Shown here: in pieces, positions 47,501 to 59,500 of the stretch
Layout: each line of letters starts with the position of its first letter
Position numbering within the stretch: the stretch's first letter is position 1
Assembly (NCBI GenBank): GCA_036172245.1
Contig: JAYWIR010000030.1
Location: 930,001-994,000 of the forward strand
Length of the DNA stretch: 64,000 nt
Direction of reading: 5' to 3'
From: Raillietiella orientalis
Taxonomy: Eukaryota
Translations under genes and position numbers: made by a program
The notes under the pieces: generated by a model
What the model was told of the DNA's origin: nothing
The model's input: the letters and a program-made list of their open reading frames with translations, nothing else
Databases searched by the model: none

Positions 47501-50500
47501 ACCAGTTAAAGCTCATCGATGATCGTGTCTCTCTACTGGATCGAATGTAGTTGCCATGACTAATCGCACAATGATCAGCCACGGTGCTAAAGCTCGTACA
47601 GAACCGACCGCTCTTCACATGACGTGATTTCTCAGGACACGACCAGGATCACCTTGCGGCTATGGGAAGAAGAAATCTTCCGATCTCTGCGGACTATGAA
47701 TAGCCTTCATGTGATCCTAGCCAGCTAAGCGATCAGGGTGTTCTTGGAAACGAAGGAACAGCGGAGACGCCATAGTGAGGGCGCGAACGACATCACTCGC
47801 CATGCGCTTTCGCTTTCTCTGCGAAATTCCATCTTATAGATTTGCAACCACTTTGGAATCCGTGCATCCTACCTGCTTTTCCATCGTCCGCGTAATGTTT
47901 GGAAACTCAACGTCATATGGCTTCACAAGGGGAAAGATGTTGGTCCACGTCTGAGCCCACATGTTACCTGAAATGACACGGTGAAACAGGGCAATTGCGA
48001 TTCCATCTAAAGGCGCCTTTAGACAGGGCAAAAGCGCTGGCTGAGGCCAACGGAAGAAATAGGGTTGCCTAAAACGATCTCTGCGATGAGATTTCCCGTT
48101 TCGGTGCGCGTCTTAGGTGCATCTTCGAAAAGCATCCCTTCAGCTGAGTTTTCCAAAGCAGTCGTTCAAGACCCACGGGTTTGCAGCTTCACGAGTCACG
48201 AGGGACGGAGCTACACAAAGTTCGAAGATTCTTGTTGCACTGCTCGTTTCTTTGAGGGAAACGATCCCTTCCGGGAAGCGGCACTCAAGGACAGTGAGGG
48301 AAATCCTCGTCTCATCCTTTGAGAACGAGAATCACCAAGGACGATCGAGAATTTGCGCTCTTGGAGAGTGTTTGATGGGTTTTGATCCTTCTCGTCCTAT
48401 CCTTTTCATCGGTATGGGAGTTCGAGACCTGCAGAAGGGCAGTCAAAGAACTGCTCCTCACTAAAACGCGTGAAATTCTTTTCCTAGGTCTGCAAGAAAC
48501 ACGCGCAATGCCAGAGCCTTTACTATCGGGAGGCAGCTCTACCTGGCGAAGCACTCCGTGCCTTCCGTTGCGGGGGGGTGGCACTCATCAAAATCTGCAG
48601 TCCCGTTTTCATATGCGCAGGTAAACTGCAGGCGGACCTGGGCAACGGGGGGATTCGATCGGGCGAGTGGCCGAGACAGGATCCCAAAGCTCGGTTTCCA
48701 CCTCCTTTCTGCTGCTTTTCCTCCTCCTCGGTCACCCGAGCTTTGTTCCGCAGAGGGTCGAATCTTCTTGAGCCCTAAAGCTGATTCCCGCCGAGGAATA
48801 CGCGAAGAGACAGCAGCAAACGAGGATGCCGACTGTGGCTTGTCTGTCAGCGTGAAGATGGCAGGGCCGGGGAGTCGAGGGATTGGGACAGAGGCGGAGA
48901 GGACCACTACAGAAGAACCGCCAGTAGGCCGGAGGGATCACGCGCTTTGATAGCTGCAGTGAGGTTTTCTCTCCCGTCAGTCATACAGGGGCCTCTTCGC
49001 TCAGCCGTTGGCAGCTGCAGGCTGCGAACGGCGAAGAAGAAGAGCTTCAAGCGTGGCTTGCACACCATCTTGAGCAAATGACCCCAGGGATCCTCCCATC
49101 ACAATTTGGCCTCCTCAGGCGCCCCATGCCTTGTGCGACACAGCAGGGTGTAGTCGAGGCGACAATCCGACAATCGTAGTCCTGCTGATTGGCAGAGATC
49201 TTTCGGTGGAACAACGGGAAGCGGAGACGATCAAGAACGATCACAGTAGAAAGAAGGGAGGGAAGGGTGCTGAGCCTTCTGTTTCGGAGCTACTCGCGGA
49301 ACGGGGATGATTGGATTCGCGGGGTAGGTCATGTGTGCCTCAGTTTGAACTTGGCGACCGCATGAGGGTTACCGTGTGCCGAGCTGCGCACTCACCAAGG
49401 ATGTGTGCCGGGAGGGGACTGTTGCGTTTGATCTGCGGATAGGTGGTCCTCAATCGCTTCCTCACGTAGCTATACAGGAGCTTGTACAGCGGCTCGATCT
49501 TTGCCCACAGCTGCTCCAGTTCCTTCTTGAACTCGGGAACGTCTTCCTCGAAATCCTGGAGCCACAGGTAGTCAGCGCTTGGAAATCCTACCAGAGGGAT
49601 AAAACCGCTTTTTTGTTCTGTTTTGTTTTGGCACTTTGCTCCTTGATCCGCGCGAGCTCGGAAGCCTCAGACGCGGGTGCCTCAGTTGCCGCGAGCGAGT
49701 GTCTTTCACAGAGCGCCGAACCGTGTCTGCGTGCATTCTCGATACGCGACATCCGCTCTGGTGTTTGCCACCCGCAGCTCACCCCTCACACAGTTTTTTT
49801 TTTTTTTTTTTTTTTACGGTGGTTCACCCGTGGCAGGCTCCAAGAATGCCCCACGGCTGCATCTCGGACTTCCCTCCGGCTCGACGAGCGCATGCGCGCC
49901 AAGGAGCGAGTGCTGCGCGCGCACCTCGCTCTGGATTGCGAGGAGGAGATCGTTTCTTGCGAGGTTTTCGAGGATGCGGATGATCTAGAAACAGGGAAAA
50001 TGGAGAAAGGTAAAGCACACCCTTTTCGACCGACAAGGGTAGCTGGATGTTGCCTGGCACGGGGCGTTGGCGGTGGGGAGTAGTCAGCAGCGGGGTGGAA
50101 CCACGCTTGGTTTCGAGGACACAAGGCCGGTAGCTTGATTTGGAGGCACCCCACTTGAGGGTGTGTGAGAAATGAGTCTGAGGAGAGGCAGGGGATGGAG
50201 TGCAGAGGAAGAGCTGGTTCCGCGGCGCCTCCAGCACAGGGGCCGAAGTCCCGGATCGGTCAGGCAGCGCTGAGAATGCGCGCGCGGAGGAACGGGACAG
50301 CCGCGCAATGGGCTGGTCGAGCGCCTACAGCGCTCACCCTCCCTGCAAGAGAGAAAGAGTTCCTTTCTTCGAAAGAACGGTATCTTCTCGGAGAACGCGT
50401 TCCCTCTCGCCGTGGCCACGGGAGCCTTCCCGACGCGAAGAGGCTTCTCTCCTGATCCAGGAAAGCCGCCGCCGTCCGGCTGGTCCGGGATGCGCGCGGA

Positions 50501-53500
50501 AGCACCGGCAGGGAAGGGGGCGGCGCTCCTTGGCCCGCGTTCTTCTTCTACAGCGAAAGAGTGGCAGCGTGTGAAATGTTTGCGCACGTACCCGGTTGCC
50601 GTGGTTACCCTTCCGGATGCTGTCCGCTCATTGTTGCCGGCACTATTGCGCGTGTTCGTAACGACCGTCTCCGTCTCCGTTATTAGCACGGTTGCTACGG
50701 AACGGTTGCGCCGCTGTTTCCGCCACGCGTGCCAGGAAGCAGGAGGAAAGGGTGTCTGCTTCCCTGTCAGCAGTGCAGATCTACCTATCTCCGTTACTAC
50801 GGCCGCTATTTTTACGACTCAGTGTTACCACTTTTGATCGCGGCCCAGCCGGATGATCTGGACAATGCTCTCCCTCCGGAAGAAAGCACCGAAGAACAGC
50901 GGAAAACGCGGAGAAAACAGCAGTTGCAGAAGATTCTCCAGAGCCGATCCGGCAACAGTTTTTGTAATAATCCAAAATGCAAAATAAACTTTCTTGGTAT
51001 TCTGATCGTTCGCGTCGCCATTACTACTGTTCTGCGTTGTGATTAATGTTAATGCCCCTAATCTGCATAGGTGATCACTGTTACTGTTGTTTGCCAATTC
51101 CATTATTATTACTCTTAACTGCTCTAGCGATCTACGCGGTCGCTACCACCAGTGCCCTCTTTATGGTTATCACTATGCTTTCCGCTGCTACTACGACTAC
51201 GCCCGCTCTTCCTACCGCCGCTTCTACTACGAGGAGTCCTTTAGCTGTTTTGCATCAGCTGCTCTTATTACTACCGTTTCCGCTGCTGTTTTCTACTGCC
51301 ACGTCACCGCTGTTGTGTGGCCGCCGTTGTCATTGCGCTTTGCGCCACCGCTGCTGACGTCACTACGAGAGCATTGCTGGGCTTCCCATCGCGACCTGCT
51401 GCAAGTGATCATTGCTGTCATTATGATCGTTTCGTCGCCGCCGCTGCTGTGGCTGCTGACTTTGCTAGTGCCGCTGTTATTCTTACCGGTGCTACTTTTG
51501 CTGTTGCTATGGATGCGGTCGCCCGCGACACCGTTGTCGCTGGCTGGCACCGCTGCCGGCTACCTGCAGCGTCGGCACTGCTCGTCAGGATACGGAGGCG
51601 GCCGTCGCCGCGGGCAACGAGAGTCCTCGCCCGTCTCGCGTCCTCCCTCGATCCCCCGCATCCGATGGACGCGCCAAGGGAGCAGCGGGCGCTTCCCAGG
51701 CATCCGGTGGAGGAGGAGGGGGAGGGGAAGGAAGGGATAATGCAGGATGGATGCCTCCTCAGTGCTCGCCTCCCTCTCCAATTCTCCCCTCCCCTCCCCT
51801 CCTGTCGACTCCTCCTCCTCCCTGCCCTCCCACCTTGCAGCCGCGCCACGGTGTTGGTCAGGTTGACGTATCGTAGGAACTGCCCCCGCAGCCTGGCGCC
51901 GGTGGCGTTCCTCCAGGCGGTCCAGTAATAGGCCAGGGCATCGTAGTCGCGGGAGCTGGATAAGATCCCGTCCAGGTCTGGAAATGGAGGGAAGAGGGGA
52001 AGAAAGCGAAGGCGCGGGGGAGGGGATTTCGAACCTTTGTCCAAGTTGAGGGTGCAGGGCGGCGCGGCGCCCGGGGGGCAGATCTTCGCTTCCGAGTACA
52101 TCTCCAGCATCTCGCTGATGGTCCGGTGAAGCTGAAGGGCGGAAAGGGGGAGGGGAACAGATCGGAGATCACAGAAGGAGTGGGAGGCGCCCACCACCAG
52201 CACCGCCCTCGCGAGACCGCACGAGGAGGCGTGCGCCGGGAGAGCCCGAGCGCTCGGAGGAGGAACGGGCGCGACTCTCTTCCTCCGCTCCGCTCTAAGG
52301 AAACCCATCCGGACGCCAGAGGCCGCTGCGGAGAGTGACCTTCGTGATTTTCCTCAGGTCGCCGGGTGGCAGGTGGCGGAGTCCCCTTCCTGCCACCCGG
52401 CAGGAACCCTGGTGCGGAAAGAGTCATCGGCTACAAAGGTGACGCGCTCGCAAAGCTGGCAGAAAGCGGGACGTCCTTAATTCCCTCGGCTGTACTCCAT
52501 TTCGGCGGCGCTCCTGGTCCGGATCCGGGCGGGGGCGGTGCTGCTTGAGTGTCGCGCAGCACCACCTCGAGAGCCTCGGGCAGCGCCGCTCGCCGCTCGC
52601 TGCCCGCCAGCAAGATCCCCCACAGGATAGGTCGCGTCCCCATTCCCCGTGGTCGTTTTGTGGGTTCGCGCTCTCTCCTCCGCCCCCTTCCTCCCGACGT
52701 GCGCGCAAAAGTACCTCCGCACGGTAGTGGGCCAAGACCCAGCGGCCGAGCGAAGGCCAGTCCCTTCGGCGGTCGCGAAGGGACTCGGGGGACTTTGCTT
52801 GCTGCGCCCATGTGACTCCCGCGCCTTCGGACCCCGGCCAGCCCCCGACCTCTCGTCCCTGCCAGCGGCCCGCAGGCAGGCCCTTCGTTCCCTGTGGACG
52901 GAACGAAGAACGCCTTGTAGAGAGGTCGATCTCTCCTGGGGCAACGCCGCGCCTGTTCCCAGAGGGCCTCAACCGGGATGTGCGGTCCGCAGTCTCATCC
53001 CTGGGAATCGCTCCACCTCTCTCCTTGAAGAGTGGGAAGAGCCGATGGCAGACCCCCCGAGGCTATGAGGTCGCGGCCGCCTTCCCGCCTCGCGTATCCC
53101 TTGCATCCAAGTCCGGCCTACTGGTAGGCTCAAAGGTCGTGAGACGGAGGTCCGGCGAGGTGGCGGCCGGACTTCCGTCGCAGCGAGGCGCGATGACACG
53201 GTCCTCGAGGCCGGCAGCAGCTGCTGAAGCCAAGAGACGGGAGTAACAGGTGTCTTCCGCGCGGACGCGGGACGGACGGGAGTTCCTCCTGCATCCACGC
53301 GAATCGGGGGTCCAGAGAGCTCTTTGGAGGCGCAGGCGTGGAGGCGGTGCCATGGTGGGAGGCGAACCAGATGAGGGCCGTCAAGAGGAAGCCGCGCACC
53401 CCCTGAGGGTTCATACCGAAGAGCCAGAAGTGAGAGTGAGCGCGTCCACTCCTGGAGAAGTATCGCGAAGCTTCGCTATGTGACCCACCGTCGAGCTGGG

Positions 53501-56500
53501 GAAGGGTCGCACGACGGAACTCGACCCCTGCAGCTTCTGCTGAGCAGCCTGTCTTCGCCTCTCGTGTCTCTTTGATCGCAGCTCTAGGTGATGGGGCTCC
53601 TTTTTTTTCTTTGTTTTTAGACTTCTTCCTCAGGGACAAAGTCCATCCTAGCGCTCGAAGGGAGGGCAGTTTGCAGGAGCCCGGCTCGTTCCACTTTCCT
53701 CGTGGTTCCTGAGATCGGTCTCGCAACTGCTGGTCCCAGTTTGAAGTAGTCCGACTTCGAGTGTTTCGGATCCTTCCAGACTCCTGTCCGCGCGGTGTCA
53801 TCGCGCTCAGCAACATCTCCAAACAGGGGGATCCAGCTGCCCGCCACGAAATCCCATGCTCCAAGCCCAGAGCCCGGTTTCATCTGGTTTTCCATCGGGA
53901 TGCTTTGGTACGAAAATGCACAAGAAATTCAAGAGCGCAAGAACTGGGGCCACGTGCTCTCGCCTTTCCCGACGCCTTCGCGCGTCGAGTGAGTCCTTTC
54001 CCCTTCTTGAGATGCGCATTTCGAGCATTTCGACGGGTCCATCAAGGTTTGAGAAGGACACTCCTTGCACAGGTGGTTTGTACGCTCCGGCACATGGAGC
54101 TTCCTCCATGTGCATCCCGTATGTACCTTCGAAGGTTTTCGAAGGTCTACACGTCTTCATGTTGGCAGTTCGAGATGCATGTGAAGGTTTTTCTCCGAGG
54201 CGGTGTGCCTGTGGATGGTCGTCGGCACTGTGCAAGGCCCCCACGATGGGTAGCCGATCATGACGATCACCGGTTCCTCTAAGCTAATCCCGATGAACAG
54301 ATCTCTTCGACGGGGATCACTCCATATAGATCACAGCCGACCTCATCGGAAATCCTTTGGACCATTTCAAAATAAGTCCTGCATTAGAACCAGTCCTGGT
54401 TCCGCGCAATGCAGCAGCAAAGATCCGCAGCTCACGGGATCCCTTCAGCGGCTTCCGGAACGTGCGCCTTACTTCTGGACCATGCGTCCCTCCCTGACAG
54501 AGCGGTCTACAGGTTCCGAGCTCGCTGCTTGCTATTCTTGGAGATGGCGACTCGGAAGACAGCGAAGAACGAGCAGCCGAAACCAAGTCGGGAACAGCGC
54601 GACTTGCGCCGCACGCGCCGAGGGAAGTCCGTTTATCCCGGAGCGGCACCACAGGGACCACGAAGGGGCAACACTCCCTTCCTCCTCCTCCCGTTACGAG
54701 GAAACGCGAGGGGGGAGCGAAGACGAACTTGCAGTCCTCCGGATGCAGAAGGTGGAGAGGGAAAACGCCGCGGACGCGGACGCCCGTCGCGGAATCTCCC
54801 GAAGGCCAGGGTCAAAAGGGAAGCGAGAGAGGGACTCACCTCCTCCTGGTCCTTGTCGCTCAGGACGGACGTGCCCGGCCGCGCGAGCTTCTCGAACTGC
54901 CTCCTCATGGACGCGTCCTGGACCCGCTGCCACTCAGATTTCTGGATCGCCTGCGTCACGACCTTCCTTTGGCGCTCGAACTCCATCGTCGCGTTGATCT
55001 GGAAACGGAGCGCGTGCTCTCATCAATTGTTCCCTGACGCTCTCTCGCCCGTATAAGCCGAGAGCCTCTTTCGCACCCGACGAGGGAAAGAGCACCACGA
55101 CATCTGATCAGCTTGTCGTGGAGTGCGCCCGTATCCCGCTCTGTCCAGGGCAGGGTTTTCCGTGATGTCACATCCGAGGAGGGTGCGCGAGCCCAGGGAC
55201 ACCCCCGGCGTGCTTCCCGTTCCTACTCCCGTCCCCAGCTCTCGACTCAGGCAGCTGCCCTGCTCGCTTGGCTTAGCTGCCTTTCGGCGTTGCCTGGAAC
55301 CAAAGGGACCACTAACCCGAGGCAGCGGCATCGCTGCAAAGGTCGCTGCGGAAACTGCTTCACTCCCCCTCTCCCCTTCCGATCACAGTTTGGAAAGGGA
55401 GCGAGGAAAGAGAGACCCCGGAGTGCGTCCTGCCGGCTGTTGGAGCAGCTTCTCCCACTTTTCTCCCGGAGCTTTTAAGGAGCACGCGCCCTCTCCCCCT
55501 CGTGGCTTCTCTTCTTACTTCCGGAATTTGTCTGAGGGTGGCAGGATAGCTGGCGGGTGACTCGAAGAAGGCATCGTTCCTCCCAACAGAAAACGGGAGG
55601 AGCTGCTCCTCGTGTAAGGAGAGGCTGCCGGAAGCCAGCCCTTTTTTTCTCTCTACCTTTCTGTCTCCTCTCCCCACGCCCCCCATCGGTTTCGAGAGAG
55701 ACTGATTGCTGTTGATCACCTGCCATCCTCCCTCCGGTTCTCAGAAAACTGTTCTCCGGGGTGAGGAAAAGGAGAGCGAGTTGCTCCTCACTCTCAGCGG
55801 AGACCCACGCGAACTCCCTCGCTTCTTCTGCTGGTGTCGAGTCCGTAGGAACTGGGGTCGCTGCGTGTGCCGACTCCGCTCAAGCCGGCCTCGGAGTGCT
55901 TCTTCAGCACTTGCAGGGCGGGCCGAGGAGGGAGCGGTGAACGCACCCCCGATGGCTTTCACAGACGACAGCTTCCTCCGCCTGGATGACCCCCTACGGA
56001 ACGGGCTGACTGGCTTGCCCTCACCGCTAGTTACACGAGCGCACCCTCGATGGGAATTAGGAAGAAGGAGGAGGGGAAGAGAAAGCGCCCATGGGCTTTC
56101 TACAACCTCGCAGATGGCCACTGAGTGTGCTCCTTGAAAGAGCGAGGAGAAAAGTGGGAGAAGCTGCGCCACATGCCCTCGCTGGGTTCTCCAGGATGAC
56201 GAGAGCTCCCCTCTTTGTGTCTCCCTCCTTCTCAAGGCGATGAACACACTGGGTCGTTGCTGCAATTCCTCTCGGGGCACCCCACCAGGCCGGAACTCGG
56301 GCTTGAGGTCCCTCAGGCAGGAGGCAGGACACGCTGCAGGTGTTCACCTTGCTCCCTACGGTACCCTTCATCCTGAGGAGCGCCAGAAATCGCAGAGTGA
56401 AGTCCTTCTCTCCCGCAGAGAAGAACTGATGCAGGTGCTGGGGTCTCCTGATCCGACAAAGTGAGCTACCGTGGAAGAACTCTTGAGCTTCCTTGGTGCC

Positions 56501-59500
56501 CCAGGAACGATGGTCTGACTTTAGGGAAATCTTGGCGCCACAGTACGTCCCTAAAAGGACTCGATCCGCGCCGCCAGGCGCCTGCGAAGGCTTGTTTCCT
56601 CTCCCTCCCGCACACACATCTACCACCTCTTCGCAAAGCTCCTGGAAGACGAGCCGAGCTACTGCCTCGTCTTCGGCCATGGACTTGGCCGATACCCTGC
56701 GCGGCCCCCGGAGAGGACGGGAATCTGAGTCCAGAGCGAGAAGACTCCCTCTCCAGCACAAGTGTCAGGTGCTCCACCACCATGCTCTGGAAGCTCACTC
56801 AGACGCGAAAGGAACCCAGCCCAATTGGCTGCAGCACCGACGGAGATGCCCCCGGGGTCCCATCCAGCATCATCTCGACGCCCCCGAGTTCTTTCGAACG
56901 CCACGAAATTCGTCGATCCCACCTTCCCCTGATGCACTCCTCTGGACCCTGGTGCCTATGCTCCCGAACCGAGGACTCCTTCCGCGGAGAAGTCCCGCCG
57001 CCCGCGCCTCCGAAGCAGCGGCCTTCCCCAACGAACGCGCTCGAACGCGGGCCCTTCCCTCACCGTCCACCGGGAAGGAAGAGTCATCGAGACCTGCTTG
57101 GTGCGGTGGCCGACCTCCTGCGGAAAATTTGGGGCGAACTGCACCTGTCGTGACCGTCATTGCCCTCCTCCCCCTCCTACTCCCTCTCTGCTCACGGGGG
57201 AACAACGCGTGGGAAGAATGGAACCCGGTGACCCCCATCCCTCCCCGAGACCAGACATGGATACCCAGTATCCCCTTCTTTTATGGATTTATTTTTCGGG
57301 AATACTCGCCTTTGTATTCATCTAGCAGAGCGACGGATGTCCCTAGGCTGGGGAAAACGCAGCCCGACTGAGACGAGCACGCCCTCCCTCCCGTGGACCA
57401 GAACCCACAGAAAGCGCCGCCCAGGAGGAGGGTCAAAAACCTGCTGCCGGGTCGGACCTGCTGCGGACCTTGGAAGAGGCTCCTGGCGGTCAAGAGCGGA
57501 ACTACGCGCTTGTCCAATTCGTGGTCGCGCGATCCTTGCACCATGTACGGTACAAACCCACCACTGCCCATTGCGCTTGACAGCGCGGGAAGCTCGCGGC
57601 GCCCGCGGAACCACGACAGAGAGTTCGAAGGCGGAGAGCAATGAGCGTGGCAATCCTGGCGAGCGAGCAAGAAGAAAGCGTATTCTTCGTACATTTTCCC
57701 TTTCTCTTGCGACTCATGGGTGCTCTGAACGTGCTGGCTGCGTAGGGAGGAGGTATCTGATAAAGAGGATATTTGAGCGTATCCTCTTGCTGTCTCATTC
57801 CTTCTCCAAGCCAATCCAACTCTTCTTATCCATCGTCGTCGTCGTGGTTGTTGTTTTCCAGCCCTCAAGCCCACATTTTCCTCGGATGCCGCAGACATTC
57901 CCCTCCTCCCTCAAATACATCTCCATATTCTTCATGATTCCTTAAGCCCGAGATCGCCCTCAAACATCGCACGACCACTTCCATCCACAATCGATCCTCC
58001 CGCACGCCCATCACAAGCGATTAAGGGATTCTGCGCCCGCTTGTGCATTCTGTTTTCGCATCTGTCGCCAATGACGTGCACGCGGCGTGTTCGCGCGAAT
58101 GGACCGCGTGCAGGTAGCTGCTCCCGACAGACGGCAGTAAAGTTTTGCAGCCGGATAGGATTTTCTGCTCCTTGGATCCTGACGAAAGCATTAGAAGGGG
58201 ACGTAAAGAACGAACTCCCGGATTCAACGTGAACGACCCACAAATTACCTACGGAGGCTTAACGAGTATGAATTCGTGTGGGATGAGGGATGCGGTGTTT
58301 CTGAAGTACGCATGGCTAAACCGATGTGTCATTTACCATGTAGAAGGAAAAAGCTGAAGCACGGACAAACGTGCTTGAAAGATGCGACTCCTGGATGAGC
58401 AGCAAGTCGGATCGCCAAAAGCAGCAAGAAAGGGAGACATCGCCTCTCATGAGCTGCTGTTCCCGGGACCCAACGTTTCGCAGGGTCGCCGTTCGGAGTT
58501 CATCTAGCCCGCGACTAACGCAGAAGACAAGGGAAACGTTGCTTTCAAAAAAAAAAAAAAAAAATCGATGGATAGCAGCGTGATCTCTCAGGAGGAACAC
58601 ATCTGTCGGTGGCATGACGTTTCTTCCCGACTCGACGAATCCAAACGTGTTCGAAGCTCACTCTTCGCGCGAGAAGAACTTTCGTTTCAGGAAGACGAGA
58701 AAGGGCTCCTGCGATTCCGCAGGCCGGCTTGGCTGGGGGCAGTCGCCGGTCCACCCTCGTTGCCCACCCGAAGCGGAAGCCGGGGAACTGGAGCCGCGGC
58801 TGGGGAAACCACCCGTGGTGAGGTCGTTGTTGTTCTCTCAGGTCGGCGAGATTTCGCTTGGGGAGGCAGAGGGGCCGAACGGCAGCAGGGATGCGTGCAG
58901 GCGCACCACCCTCGCAGCGCACCCTGCATGTGGCGGAGCGCGCGTGCAAAGACAAATCCGAGAGGCTGCGCGAGGCTGCGGGCAGGTGGCGATGGTAGCG
59001 CGCAGCCGCTGCGCGCGCTCCGGCCGTCCCGCGCAGGCGCGCGACGGCTGGCAGCGCGCGCGAAAGTGGTAGACGTCCCCCACACCTTATGGCGCGGCCT
59101 TGCATCTGCCGTCTCGCATTTGCACGGCCGCCGTCCCTCCGACGCAATGCCCGGATAAGGTCTTTTACAACGGTTATTTATTGTGTTGTGCCGCGTGCAC
59201 GGGCAACATCGCAGCAGAGGAAGGCGACCGAGGCGCTGGTTGAAAACTTTAGATGAGGAAACCCGGCGCACTTAAACAAGCATGCCAAAAATCTCCGGTG
59301 GATCAGGGATGCCAATTGTTTTGCAATAGAAATGCAAAAAGTCTTGAGCAACTCGGGTTATCAGAAACAGCATTAGCATTGTTAATATATTATGAACAAG
59401 TTGATGAAGAAACGAACTGGTGAAGCCTCTAGACTGCTGACCGCAGCAAACAGTCGACGGTTTACTAAATGATTATTACTGGTTGGATGCGTTTTCCGGG

